From a virus: 64,000 nt of DNA. The translations under genes were made by a program, and so were the position numbers. This document shows positions 20,242-30,225 of the stretch, piece after piece. Position 1 is the stretch's first letter; each line of letters starts with the position of its first letter. The notes below the pieces were generated by a model. The model was given only the letters and a program-made list of their open reading frames with translations, was not told the origin of the DNA and ran no database searches. Where the stretch lies: positions 1 to 64,000 of the IMG/VR virus record IMGVR_UViG_3300032331_003707; one strand, given 5' to 3'.

Positions 20242-21592
20242 ATTAATTATATTTGATTTAGATGGTGTTTTAGTTGAAGCAAAAAATATTCATTTTGAAG
20301 CACTTAATAAAGCTTTAGGTAAATATTCTATAACTTGGGATGAACATTTATCTATATATGATGGTTTAAAAACTAATCAAAAATTAGAAATACTAAATGA
20401 ACGAAAAGGTTTACCAAAAGAATCTTTTAATGAAATATGGACAAATAAACAAAAATACACTCTAGAAGCTTTAAGGAATTTAAAATCAAATCCACAACTT
20501 CAAGTATGTATGGACTTGCTAATTAATGATGGTTATAAATTAGCTGTTTGTTCTAATAGTATTCGTAAAACAGTCTTAACTGTATTATCTAAATTTGATA
20601 TTATAGATCGTTTTGATTTAATTTTATCAAATGAGGATATTAAAAACAGTAAACCCCACCCTGAGATTTACTGGAAAGCAATCTCAGAAATGGGTTGCCT
20701 TCCAGAAGAAACACTAATCATAGAAGATTCCCCATATGGTTTATTATCAGCATCAAGAAGTAAATCTCATATTTTTAGAGTTGGCAGTCCAAAAGATGTT
20801 ATTTATCTTAACATAAAGAATAAAATTAATAAAATTAAAGAAAATTATAATATGAAATCACCTGCTTGGAGAGATGAAAAATTAAATGTTTTAATTCCTA
20901 TGGCTGGTGCTGGTTCACGTTTTGAACAAGCTGGTTATACATTTCCTAAACCTCTTATAGATGTTAAAAATAAACCAATGATTCAAGTAGTTGTTGATAA
21001 TTTAAATATTAAAGCCAACTACATATACATTGTTCAAAAATCACATAGAGAAAAATACAATCTAGATACTCTACTTAACCTAATCACTCCCGATTGTAAA
21101 ATAGTAGAAGTTGATGGTTTAACTGAAGGAGCTGCTTGTACAGCATTATTAGCAAAAGAATACATAAATACAAATTCACCTTTATTTTTTGCTAACTCAG
21201 ACCAATTTGTTGAATGGGATTCAAATGAATTTATGTATAAAATGAATGAAACTAATGCTGATGGAGGTATTGTTACATTTGAAGCAACTCACCCTAAATG
21301 GTCATTTGTTAAAGTAAATGAAAAAGGTTTAGTAACAGAAGTAGCTGAGAAAAATCCAATCTCAAATATTGCTACTGTTGGTTATTATTACTGGAAACAT
21401 GGTTCTGATTTTGTTAAATATGCTGAACAGATGATTGATAAAAATATTAGAATAAATAATGAATTCTATGTTTGCCCAGTATTTAACGAAGCTATAGGTG
21501 ATAATATGAAAATTAGAACTTTTAATGTAGAAGGAATGTGGGGTTTAGGTACTCCTGAAGATTTGAAATATTATTTAGAAAATTACAAATGA
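20231..21592 (+). CDS. Fusion of HAD phosphatase and sugar-phosphate nucleotidyltransferase
   Basis: FDLDGV, KPHPEIY, IEDS (HAD); IPMAGAGSRF, PKPLI, EGAACT, LGTPEDL (NTase). Confidence 0.88.
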   Translation: MSIKLIIFDLDGVLVEAKNIHFEALNKALGKYSITWDEHLSIYDGLKTNQKLEILNERKGLPKESFNEIWTNKQKYTLEALRNLKSNPQLQVCMDLLINDGYKLAVCSNSIRKTVLTVLSKFDIIDRFDLILSNEDIKNSKPHPEIYWKAISEMGCLPEETLIIEDSPYGLLSASRSKSHIFRVGSPKDVIYLNIKNKINKIKENYNMKSPAWRDEKLNVLIPMAGAGSRFEQAGYTFPKPLIDVKNKPMIQVVVDNLNIKANYIYIVQKSHREKYNLDTLLNLITPDCKIVEVDGLTEGAACTALLAKEYINTNSPLFFANSDQFVEWDSNEFMYKMNETNADGGIVTFEATHPKWSFVKVNEKGLVTEVAEKNPISNIATVGYYYWKHGSDFVKYAEQMIDKNIRINNEFYVCPVFNEAIGDNMKIRTFNVEGMWGLGTPEDLKYYLENYK

Positions 21593-22029
21593 TATTAATT
21601 AGTCACAGAGGAAATATTGTTGGTCGTTTTGAATCATATGAAAATGAACCCAATTATATTGACTTAGCGTTATCAGAAGGATATGATGTTGAAGTTGATG
21701 TTTGGGTAATTGAAGGAATTTTTTATTTAGGACATGATAAACCACAATATGGAATTACTTTAGATTGGTTAAATGAACGAAAAGATAAACTTTGGATTCA
21801 TTGTAAGAATACAGAAGCCGTTGAATGGTTTAATACTTTATGTAATACATACAACTATTTTTGGCATCAAGAAGATACACTTACTCTAACATCAAAAGGT
21901 TATATTTGGGTATACCCTGGAAAGCAACCTATAAATAATAGCATAGCTGTGATGCCCGAGATTAATAATGATGATACCTCCCATTGCTTAGGTATCTGTT
22001 CAGATTTTATTCAAAATTATAAACAATGA
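21589..22029 (+). CDS. Glycerophosphodiester phosphodiesterase-like small protein
   Basis: ISHRGN, EN, VEVDVW, LGHD, GICSD. Confidence 0.75.
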   Translation: MILISHRGNIVGRFESYENEPNYIDLALSEGYDVEVDVWVIEGIFYLGHDKPQYGITLDWLNERKDKLWIHCKNTEAVEWFNTLCNTYNYFWHQEDTLTLTSKGYIWVYPGKQPINNSIAVMPEINNDDTSHCLGICSDFIQNYKQ

Positions 22030-22763
22030 AAATATTAGTTATAGGAGATAGTTGTAAAGATGTTTTTAGATATGGAAGAGTAACTCGGATCGCACCTGAA
22101 GCCCCAGTTCCTATTATCATACCAGAAAAAGAAACATCAAACCCAGGTATGGCTGGTAATGTAGTAGCTAATTTAAAAAAATTAGACTCAACAGTAGATT
22201 TTATTACTAACCGAAATGAAATCTTTAAAATTAGATATGTTTGTTCAAAATATAATTATTTACTTTTAAGAGTAGATGAAAATGATACTTGTGAACATAT
22301 ATCTCATGATGTGTTAGAAAACATAAAATGGGATGAATATGATGCTGTTGTTATAAGTGATTACTGTAAAGGATTTTTAAATGAAGATGATATTAAGTAT
22401 ATTTCTTTATCTCACCCACTTACATTTTTAGATAGTAAAAAATTATTAGGAGATTGGGCTCACAATATTAGCTTTATAAAAATTAATTTTCATGAGTATG
22501 AAAGAAATAAAGAAATTTTAGATAGTGACTCTATTTTAAAAAATAAAACAATAGTAACTAGGGGTAAGTATGGATGTGATTACCAAGAAAAAAATTATCC
22601 TACAGAAGAAGTACCAGTAAAAGACGTCTCAGGAGCAGGAGACACATTCCTAGCAGGGTTGGTTTGTGATTATGCTAAAACTAAAAACATAGAATTGGCT
22701 ATTAATTTTGCTCAACTATGTACAACTATAGTAATCCAAAAAACAGGAGTATCAACAATATGA
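22026..22763 (+). CDS. PfkB-family sugar kinase (RfaE/HldE domain I-like)
   Basis: VIGDSCKD, RIAPEAPVP, GMAGNV, SDYCKG, DVSGAGDTF. Confidence 0.88.
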   Translation: MKILVIGDSCKDVFRYGRVTRIAPEAPVPIIIPEKETSNPGMAGNVVANLKKLDSTVDFITNRNEIFKIRYVCSKYNYLLLRVDENDTCEHISHDVLENIKWDEYDAVVISDYCKGFLNEDDIKYISLSHPLTFLDSKKLLGDWAHNISFIKINFHEYERNKEILDSDSILKNKTIVTRGKYGCDYQEKNYPTEEVPVKDVSGAGDTFLAGLVCDYAKTKNIELAINFAQLCTTIVIQKTGVSTI

Positions 22764-23614
22764 AAACAGCAGCATTATTATATGGAAGAAATGATGGTTA
22801 TAAAGAAGATGACCGAGTAATAGTTTGTTTAGAATCAATGTTAGATTCATTTGATGAAGTGTGGTTTTTAGATTGGAATTCACCTAAAGATAAAAACCCA
22901 TTATTGTGGGATTTAAAGGATAGATTACCTAAAACAGGGCGTTTAAAACATATTGTTATTTCATCTGAGATAGCATCTATACTAACCAACAATGATTCTA
23001 AAGTACAAGCATGTTTGCAAACATTATCAACTAATATAATGTTAAGAAGATGTAATGCCGATTGGATTGTAGCCACAACTATTGACATTATAGCTCCTAA
23101 AAAAGAAACATTAAATAACTTTTTATCATTAGCTGATAAGTCTACTTTTTATACTTTATCTAGAAGAGAAGCTAAAATGGAGGATTTAGAAAATATAGGA
23201 ATGGAAAATTGGAAGCAATTTAGAGATAACTTAGATACTATTTCAGAACCTAGGTATTTCCCAGCACAAGTAACACCTAATGATAAATACAGTTTAATTA
23301 ATTGCTGTGGGGATTTTCAGTTAGCTCATAAAGATATTTGGAATACTATTAAAGGGTTTGAAGAAGGAATGACCTATGCATGTTATCAAGATACCAATGT
23401 TCAAAAGAAATCAGTATTAAATGGTTTTAATTTACAAGCTATTTTTGATGTTCCTTTATATCATTTATCTCATAAAGGTATGGGTAATGATGGTTCATCA
23501 CCTTCAAAACAATACTATAATGATGCTTTAGACTGGGTTGAATTTTTTACAAAATCTGAAAATGAAGATGATTGGGGGTTAGCTAATACTGAAATTGAGT
23601 ATGAATTAATTTAA
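22760..23614 (+). CDS. Putative glycosyltransferase (GT-A-like)
   Basis: GRNDGY, DWNS, CGDFQL..GFEE; ends the sugar locus. Confidence 0.55.
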   Translation: MKTAALLYGRNDGYKEDDRVIVCLESMLDSFDEVWFLDWNSPKDKNPLLWDLKDRLPKTGRLKHIVISSEIASILTNNDSKVQACLQTLSTNIMLRRCNADWIVATTIDIIAPKKETLNNFLSLADKSTFYTLSRREAKMEDLENIGMENWKQFRDNLDTISEPRYFPAQVTPNDKYSLINCCGDFQLAHKDIWNTIKGFEEGMTYACYQDTNVQKKSVLNGFNLQAIFDVPLYHLSHKGMGNDGSSPSKQYYNDALDWVEFFTKSENEDDWGLANTEIEYELI

Positions 23615-23633
23615 TATGTATCAATAAAACGTT

Positions 23634-23948
23634 ATGAGCAAATCAGAATCACCACAAAAACCCCTTGCTTTAGAGATACTATTCCAGCAGATAGAAGATT
23701 TGCAAGATTTAGTTAATAATAAAGAATATGCATCTTTCATACTAAAAGAAAGTTATAAAATTATAACTAATGCTATTAAAAAAAAGCAACCTACTGTTCA
23801 ATTATTTAATATATCAAACTTAGGATTTATTGTTTCTGTTAAAAAAGAAAATTATAAACCATGTTTACAAAGTATTCTTAAATGTTATGAAGAAATAGAA
23901 GATTATAAAACATGTTCTCAAATTAATAAACTAATAAGTAAATTATAA
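23634..23948 (+). CDS. Hypothetical protein with C-terminal UVR-like helix pair
   Basis: YEEIEDYKTCSQINKL. Confidence 0.5.
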   Translation: MSKSESPQKPLALEILFQQIEDLQDLVNNKEYASFILKESYKIITNAIKKKQPTVQLFNISNLGFIVSVKKENYKPCLQSILKCYEEIEDYKTCSQINKLISKL

Positions 23949-23949
23949 T

Positions 23950-24108
23950 ATGGAATTTTATTTTTATCATAAGAACGATACACATAAGGAACCTATAAAT
24001 AGAAAAAAATTAAGTTCATATAATGAGGCCCTTAATTACTTTTCAACATCAAAGAAACTTACCCCAAATGAATTTTTAAATGTGTTTAAAATAGATAGAT
24101 ATGAGTGA
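23950..24108 (+). CDS. Small hypothetical protein (52 aa)
   Basis: Read from sequence: MEFYFYHKNDTHKEPIN...; fills the gap between flanking ORFs. Confidence 0.5.
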   Translation: MEFYFYHKNDTHKEPINRKKLSSYNEALNYFSTSKKLTPNEFLNVFKIDRYE

Positions 24109-24520
24109 AGATGTTCCAACACAAGGATTTGATGATGTAAATGAAATTAAAAAAGCTTTTGAAACAATTTTAGGAGCAACAGTTGATATAGAATTTACTT
24201 TAAATAATCTTGCTTCTAAACAACTTTTTATAGACGTTATTGAAGATATAATCACAGTTTCATCTCAAGGTGAACTGGTGTTTTCAGCAACCGGAATAGA
24301 TCTTGATACTATCACTAATCCTTATTTATCTATTATAGAAAAATTATTTGTGTTGCATTTTGGAGAGGAAGCATTTGAAGTAATAGCATGGTATATTAGT
24401 AAACAAATAACTCCAAATACTATAAAAACTAAACTTGAGGATAATGATGGTAATCTCCATAAACTAGATACTCCTGAAGATTTATGGGAGTTTTTAGTAA
24501 CAAAATTCTTTAGCGAATAA
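24101..24520 (+). CDS. Hypothetical protein
   Basis: 139-aa ORF in operon. Confidence 0.6.
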   Translation: MSEDVPTQGFDDVNEIKKAFETILGATVDIEFTLNNLASKQLFIDVIEDIITVSSQGELVFSATGIDLDTITNPYLSIIEKLFVLHFGEEAFEVIAWYISKQITPNTIKTKLEDNDGNLHKLDTPEDLWEFLVTKFFSE

Positions 24521-24568
24521 TTTGGAGATCGGAAAATTTTTTCATACATTTATAGAAAATTAAAACAT

Positions 24569-24934
24569 ATGATGATGAGAAAATGTTCAGTTTGCAATGA
24601 GGATATCAATCCTAAACGTTTAGAAATTCTTCCAAACACCCAAACATGTGTTCAACACTCTACTGTTGAGAAGAAAGTAGCAATAACAGTTCAAATGGGT
24701 ACTGGTGACCACACATGGACTGAAACATTTGCTGTTGAGCGAGAAGAATATGATCGTTTAGAGGAGATGAAGGGAAACTTTAAAAAAGCAACAGCATCTG
24801 AAACCAAATCAGAATCTACATTTATTAATGTTAATGAACTTAATGAATGGGATTTAGCGATATTGGATAATTTAGATGATGAAGATGAGCCTGAAAAAGA
24901 AGAACAAGACCTAGACGATATTACAGGAGAATAA
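24569..24934 (+). CDS. TraR/DksA-type Zn-finger protein with acidic tail
   Basis: CSVCNEDINPKRLEILPNTQTCVQH matches the DksA/TraR finger pattern. Confidence 0.72.
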   Translation: MMMRKCSVCNEDINPKRLEILPNTQTCVQHSTVEKKVAITVQMGTGDHTWTETFAVEREEYDRLEEMKGNFKKATASETKSESTFINVNELNEWDLAILDNLDDEDEPEKEEQDLDDITGE

Positions 24935-24935
24935 T

Positions 24936-25571
24936 ATGCCAAAATCAAAACCACTTACTAAAGAACAAATTTTAGCAGCGATGGGTAAAACCAAATCTAA
25001 TCGTGCCGCTGCTAGATATCTTAATGTAAGTTACATACACTATAAAGGCTGGGCTAAACTATACCATGAGGAAGAAGGAGGGGTATCTTTATTTGAAAAG
25101 CATAAAAACCCTTCAGGTAAAGGTATTCCTAAATTCCTTAGTAATGGGAAGAAAGACCCAGCTTTAATGGATGTTATTGAAGGAAGAGTAGATTCTTCTC
25201 ACTTCAACCCTCAAAAAATAAAATATCGTTTGATAGAAGAAGGTTATCTAAAAGAAGAATGTAATTCATGTGAATTCCAAGAACGTCGTGTTTTGGATTA
25301 TAAAATGCCACTCATTTTACATTTTAAAGATAACAACAAAAAGAACTACAGGGTAGAAAATTTACAAATGTTGTGTTATAATTGTTATTTTTTAACAATT
25401 GGAGATATATTTACTGGAAAACAGATTGAAGGACTTGAAGATCATAAACCTGTAAATGAAGGTCAAGTAGATTGGGAGGTTGATGATTATACCACCCAAC
25501 GGCTAGCTGAGTTAGGTTTAGGAGATTCTATTCCTAGAGATGATGGGAGTGAATTTATTAGTAGAGTTTAG
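24936..25571 (+). CDS. HTH + HNH-like endonuclease domain protein
   Basis: SNRAAARYLNVSY (HTH); CNSC...LILHFKDNNKKNYRVENLQMLCYNC. Confidence 0.72.
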   Translation: MPKSKPLTKEQILAAMGKTKSNRAAARYLNVSYIHYKGWAKLYHEEEGGVSLFEKHKNPSGKGIPKFLSNGKKDPALMDVIEGRVDSSHFNPQKIKYRLIEEGYLKEECNSCEFQERRVLDYKMPLILHFKDNNKKNYRVENLQMLCYNCYFLTIGDIFTGKQIEGLEDHKPVNEGQVDWEVDDYTTQRLAELGLGDSIPRDDGSEFISRV

Positions 25572-25587
25572 CAATATTTATAAATAA

Positions 25588-25746
25588 ATGAAAAGAAGCA
25601 AAAAACACCAAAATATAGTAAATGATTATTCTAAACAAAAGAATAAACATCTGGAAAATCTTGCTTCTCAACTACTTAAAAATGATGAAAAGGCAAGCCA
25701 ATTGAAAGCATATGATCTTGATGACAAATGGCTAAACCTATTCTAA
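25588..25746 (+). CDS. Small hypothetical protein (52 aa)
   Basis: Read from sequence: MKRSKKHQNIVNDYSK...; follows an AATATTTAT motif. Confidence 0.5.
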   Translation: MKRSKKHQNIVNDYSKQKNKHLENLASQLLKNDEKASQLKAYDLDDKWLNLF

Positions 25747-26054
25747 CCACCCCAACCCAGTTTCAAGTAGAAACATTTGATGATTTTCTTCAACTAGCTG
25801 AAAATCACGATTTTCGCCTTGCTGAAACAATAGTGAGAGTAATTCTAGCTAACCTAAAAACCAGAAAAAGATTTATAAATGTAATGTCTATATCAGTAAT
25901 AGCTACTAATGAAGTTATTGAGTTAACTGCAGATAGACGAGAATTTATAGAAATATTAAATAAAAATATAGTTCATTTTGAAAAACAAGAGTTATATGAG
26001 GATTGTATAAAAATAAAAAAAGCCATAGAGTATCTAGTTTCTAAGAAAAAATAG
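25728..26054 (+). CDS. Hypothetical protein with C-terminal UVR-like helix pair
   Basis: FEKQELYEDCIKIKKAI. Confidence 0.5.
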   Translation: MAKPILTTPTQFQVETFDDFLQLAENHDFRLAETIVRVILANLKTRKRFINVMSISVIATNEVIELTADRREFIEILNKNIVHFEKQELYEDCIKIKKAIEYLVSKKK

Positions 26055-26097
26055 ATTATGTATTATAGACAACCAAACTTAATACAATTTATACAAC

Positions 26098-26247
26098 ATG
26101 GCAGCAAAATTAAAAACCTCACAAACTAAAACTCACATAGCAAAACCAAAAAGAAAAAGACCGGGAGTGCACAGTAAGAAAAAAATTTCAAAATCTAAAA
26201 ATAGTAAAAACTATAAAAAAGCATATCGCGGACAAGGAAAAAAATAA
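26098..26247 (+). CDS. Small highly basic protein ending YRGQGKK (49 aa)
   Basis: MAAKLKTSQTKTHIAKPKRKRPGVHSKKKISKSKNSKNYKKAYRGQGKK, read from sequence. Confidence 0.65.
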   Translation: MAAKLKTSQTKTHIAKPKRKRPGVHSKKKISKSKNSKNYKKAYRGQGKK

Positions 26248-26610
26248 AATAAAACAAAGTTATGAGTAAAAACACCAATCTACAACGTTACGAATGTCTT
26301 AAGACATATATTCAAGTAATGGAGGGAAAAAAGAAACGAAAGGCTACTAGCCAAAAACAATTCGCCCAAAATTACAAATACCACCCAGCTTTAGAATATG
26401 TTGACCGGAGGAAGTCTAGCTAATTATTTTAATAGTATCCCTGATACGGATTTAGTAAAATTAGCTCTAAGCAATAGAAAGGGGTTAGAGGAATTTTGTA
26501 TTCTTCTTACTTTAGATGCACAGATGTATGAAGAAGAAAATTCTTCCCCCCAATTCTTTTGTTAGGATTTTAAAACTTATGTTAGTATATTTATAGAAAA
26601 TAATAAAGGT

Positions 26611-26838
26611 ATGCAATTTACATTAAATCAAGCGATTAAGAATCATTGGAGAACCGCAAATGAGCTGTTGAAAGAAAACCAATTAGAAGAAGCAAACGAA
26701 TACTTAGATAGGTGTTTAGTAGTTTTAGCTAAAGCCACAAGTAATAACCAAAATGAGTTAGCTGGGGTTAGAGTTGAACTATGGAAAGAACGAGTATGGT
26801 ATGCTTTAGAAAACAATGGATTATTAAATGACGCATGA
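26611..26838 (+). CDS. Hypothetical protein
   Basis: ORF downstream of TTAGG-N19-TATATTTA promoter. Confidence 0.6.
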   Translation: MQFTLNQAIKNHWRTANELLKENQLEEANEYLDRCLVVLAKATSNNQNELAGVRVELWKERVWYALENNGLLNDA

Positions 26839-27100
26839 AAACCCCCCAAAATCAAATAAACGGTTTAAATGAAAGGCATGTTGCTCAAATCATTAGAAGA
26901 AAAATGATTCAGCAAGTAGTCCCTTCAGGGAAAGTTTACTCAAGAAAAAACAATAAAAATATAATTAACAATGAGGAATAATATCCGAACACCCCAAATC
27001 TCTAGAACAATTTATACTAGAGATACAGTGACCCCACAAATTGCACCCCCCTCACCACCCAGTGAAGAACCAATACCTGTTGAAACTCCAACTGTAACAG

Positions 27101-27325
27101 ATGAAACAACCCCAAATGTACAACTCCCAACCACTGAGCCAAAAAATCCAGCTACTGGAAACAGTAAATAAGTTTTTAGTAGTATTAGGAGAAGAAAAAT
27201 TTACCTTACATTTTTGTCAAAGTAAAGATGAGGATGAATGGTTTGAAGTGTTTGATTCTTCTAACAATTCTGTAGATGATAATACTTTTGATGAAGTAAT
27301 AAATTACTGGGAAGAAAATTTTTAA
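27101..27325 (+). CDS. Hypothetical protein
   Basis: ORF in tandem small-gene run. Confidence 0.5.
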   Translation: MKQPQMYNSQPLSQKIQLLETVNKFLVVLGEEKFTLHFCQSKDEDEWFEVFDSSNNSVDDNTFDEVINYWEENF

Positions 27326-27347
27326 TGTAAAATAATAAATTAAGGTT

Positions 27348-27551
27348 ATGAAGAAACTCCTTCAATTAGAAGAGGATAATGAAAAATCTTTTTATGTAAT
27401 GAATGATTGGGCCGAGTATTGGTCTGGGTTAAAGCTTGGGAAAGCAGCCTTTAGTGATAATTTTGAAGATGCTAAAACTTTAGAAAGAGATACGCAATTC
27501 AAAACTCTTCAAATATTAAGTGATTATCCAATAGAAAAAATTTATTTATAA
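27348..27551 (+). CDS. Hypothetical protein
   Basis: A-rich leader 'taaggttATG'. Confidence 0.6.
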   Translation: MKKLLQLEEDNEKSFYVMNDWAEYWSGLKLGKAAFSDNFEDAKTLERDTQFKTLQILSDYPIEKIYL

Positions 27552-27842
27552 ATGGGAAAATTAAAATTAAAATATGATTTTGATACTTCAAAATGTCTTG
27601 AAGTAGAGTATGAACCCGGAGCATGGAATAGGGTTACGTGTAATACCTTTAGATCATACAATGGAAATAGAAGAATAATAACATGGGATAAAAATAAAAA
27701 TCCTATATATACTGAATTTAATCATCCTTTATATTACTTTGAGACAAATACTATAGTAGAAACTCCAATTAATGACGGAACTCAATACATTCATGGAAAA
27801 AGAACCGAATCACAACCTAGAAAATATGAAAATTTCTCCTAA
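27552..27842 (+). CDS. Hypothetical protein
   Basis: Abuts the upstream ORF. Confidence 0.6.
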   Translation: MGKLKLKYDFDTSKCLEVEYEPGAWNRVTCNTFRSYNGNRRIITWDKNKNPIYTEFNHPLYYFETNTIVETPINDGTQYIHGKRTESQPRKYENFS

Positions 27843-28384
27843 AAGTTATCTAACTGTAACTTCATATGAAGTAGAATATGAAGATAAAAAATACCTAATG
27901 AGTATCGACTATGATAATATCCACAACCTAACCCGGCTATACTTAGAAGATGAAGATGGTAATGAAATAAATGATTTTAAATTAGTAGATAAGTTTCTTC
28001 AAGAAATCAAAATCCAGTCTGCTCCTTACACAACCTAGTTATATTTATTAATATAAATTAAAACCATGGAAGGTGTCACGGAAATCAAATATAATACAGT
28101 TTATACTTGCCTGGGCACTTTCGGGGCTATACACTTTTGGGTTTAGTTTCATAGTGATATATACATTTTCACTGTCTATAGGTTTATTTATAGTATCTTT
28201 GTTTGTTTGGATATTTTTATTTATAATGTTTATGGGAATAACATCTGAATCATTAAAAGTTATGAAGGCCAAATTGAAAAAAAGCAAAACTGAGGAAACA
28301 ACTGAAAATCCTCTCCCTATAAGGAAAAAACCAAAGTATAGAGACGTATGTAATAATAGAGGTTAATAGGATTAATCAATATTT

Positions 28385-28669
28385 ATGGTCATGGAAAACG
28401 AGATTAAATCTAGCAGTTATGGTGAGACTTTCCTAAGTAAGCTTAAAGAGCAATCATTCACAATCATTATCTTAGTTGGCATAATGTACTACCAAAACAC
28501 TCTGTTCAATAAGCAGATGGATGAGTATAGACAGATGATTCAAGAGAAGGAAGAGTTGGTACTAAAGCTAACAGACGAAGAAAGAGCTCGTTTGGTTGAA
28601 CGTGAAAAGTACTTAATTGGCCAACGAGATATATTCATAGAAGACCTCAAAGAAAGAGCAAACAAATAA
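28385..28669 (+). CDS. Membrane-anchored coiled-coil protein (possible holin-like)
   Basis: One TM (FTIIILVGIMYY) plus coiled coil; AATATTTAT motif at the start. Confidence 0.45.
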   Translation: MVMENEIKSSSYGETFLSKLKEQSFTIIILVGIMYYQNTLFNKQMDEYRQMIQEKEELVLKLTDEERARLVEREKYLIGQRDIFIEDLKERANK

Positions 28670-28705
28670 GTTGTTTTTCTTAAAAAAAGATTGTATATTT
28701 AAGTT

Positions 28706-29143
28706 ATGGAATTAATCACAACTTATATCTGTAAGAAAGGAGATATAGGTGTTCACGATAATATGTTTGGTGGCACTATTCTTTCACTTATAGATGATGC
28801 AGCTGCTTCATATGCATCACAGATCTGCGATACACAGAAAATAGTTACTCGAAAAATTGACTCTCTTGAGTTTAAAAAACCAGTCAAAATAGGTACAATC
28901 CTTAAAGTATATGGTGAAGTAGTTAAATTTGGTAACACATCAGTAACAATAACAATTGACGTACGGAAACATAGTGTGTATACTGGGGATCAAGAAACTG
29001 TTACCCACACACAAATGGTATTTGTAAGAATTGATGATAGTGGAAAACCAAGACCTATTCACCAACACGTAAAAGATAGGTACTGGGATAGGGTTGAAAA
29101 ATATGGGAGAGGGTTGTTAGATGAGAGGGAAAGAAATCAATAG
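28706..29143 (+). CDS. Acyl-CoA thioesterase (hotdog fold, YciA-like)
   Basis: NMFGGTILSLIDDAA, VT..IDSLEFKKPV..G, GNTSV, VFVRID..GKP. Confidence 0.85.
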   Translation: MELITTYICKKGDIGVHDNMFGGTILSLIDDAAASYASQICDTQKIVTRKIDSLEFKKPVKIGTILKVYGEVVKFGNTSVTITIDVRKHSVYTGDQETVTHTQMVFVRIDDSGKPRPIHQHVKDRYWDRVEKYGRGLLDERERNQ

Positions 29144-29157
29144 ATTTTTAAGAAAAA

Positions 29158-29197
29158 TTTGGATTTTTTAAAAAGATATATTATCTTTAGAGTATAA
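29158..29197 (+). promoter_or_regulatory. Bacteroidota-type sigma70 promoter (TTTGG-N19-TATCTTTA)
   Basis: Same architecture at ~5874, 13586, 24521, 33834 (+) and ~58693, 60911 (-). Confidence 0.7.
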
Positions 29198-29214
29198 TTA
29201 AAAAAATAAAGGTT

Positions 29215-29538
29215 ATGAGCAAATCAGTCACACTCGAAAACAGCTTTGAACTACAATTAGTTCCAGACACTTATGAAAAAACTGTCACTGTGTATTTGTT
29301 TGATATAAACAATGGTACACGAGTAACATTAACCACATTTGAAGGTGGTAAGTGGAAATCAATTTCAAGAGAACATATTGATAAATTCTTTGAATTAATT
29401 AGAATACACCCTAAAATTAAAATTGCCTTGAAAAAAGTATTTGGGGAATTAAAAGAAGAAACCACTGGTGAATTTATTACTTCAATGAAATGTTTACGTC
29501 GTAGACTTACTATTCAAATTAAAAGATATCTAATTTAA
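29215..29538 (+). CDS. Hypothetical protein
   Basis: Downstream of TTTGG-N19-TATCTTTA promoter. Confidence 0.6.
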   Translation: MSKSVTLENSFELQLVPDTYEKTVTVYLFDINNGTRVTLTTFEGGKWKSISREHIDKFFELIRIHPKIKIALKKVFGELKEETTGEFITSMKCLRRRLTIQIKRYLI

Positions 29539-29548
29539 AACAAATACT

Positions 29549-29827
29549 ATGCCAACAATTACAGCCTATCATGTTGATGTTGATGTAGACATTGACGTTG
29601 AGGATTTCCTAACAGAATGTTCAAGTGGAGAGATTAATGATTTAATTAATGCTCTTGCTAAGGATGGACATTTATCCTCTAAACAAACCATCAAAGCATC
29701 TTCTAAAGGACTATCAGTACTAGAGGAAGAATTCTTTAATAAATGCACAGAATTAGCTCTTAAATTCCATTCTATAAGTAATGAAGAATTAGAATTAATT
29801 GAGAATTTACATAAAAAATATTGTTAA
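29549..29827 (+). CDS. Hypothetical protein
   Basis: ORF in operon. Confidence 0.55.
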   Translation: MPTITAYHVDVDVDIDVEDFLTECSSGEINDLINALAKDGHLSSKQTIKASSKGLSVLEEEFFNKCTELALKFHSISNEELELIENLHKKYC

Positions 29828-30225
29828 TGAAAAAAATAACAGCAACGCTTTTATTAACCCTATCATTAGTGGTAGGATACGCTCAAAGTGCAGTGTATGC
29901 AAGAGCAACTACCCTAAATGTAGGAGTTAAAAACAACTGGACGGGAGAATTTGAATGGATGGGTCCTCAAGTTACTGAGGGTGAAGTAACTGTAAAAATC
30001 GAACCAACAGTTATATCTATTAATTCCCAAACACCCCAACACTACACGATCTACTCAAACTCTGAGAATGTTGAAACAGAGGGTTCAGCGGTGTATTGGT
30101 ATGCCTATGATTCAACTGGCCAGCGGTGTAGGCTTTATTTAATAGAAAACGAAGTAGGAGATGATTTTCTCGCTATTGAGTATAACGACTTTGCTTGGAT
30201 ATATGGTTTAGTACCTTTAAAATAA
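29827..30225 (+). CDS. Secreted/periplasmic hypothetical protein
   Basis: MKKITATLLLTLSLVVGYAQ signal peptide. Confidence 0.6.
   Translation: MKKITATLLLTLSLVVGYAQSAVYARATTLNVGVKNNWTGEFEWMGPQVTEGEVTVKIEPTVISINSQTPQHYTIYSNSENVETEGSAVYWYAYDSTGQRCRLYLIENEVGDDFLAIEYNDFAWIYGLVPLK

Noticed and set aside
2654-23614. Bacterial chromosomal O-antigen locus or chimeric contig
   Set aside because: Flanked seamlessly by T4-like genes with the same promoter motifs and composition; lacks wzx/wzy/wzm
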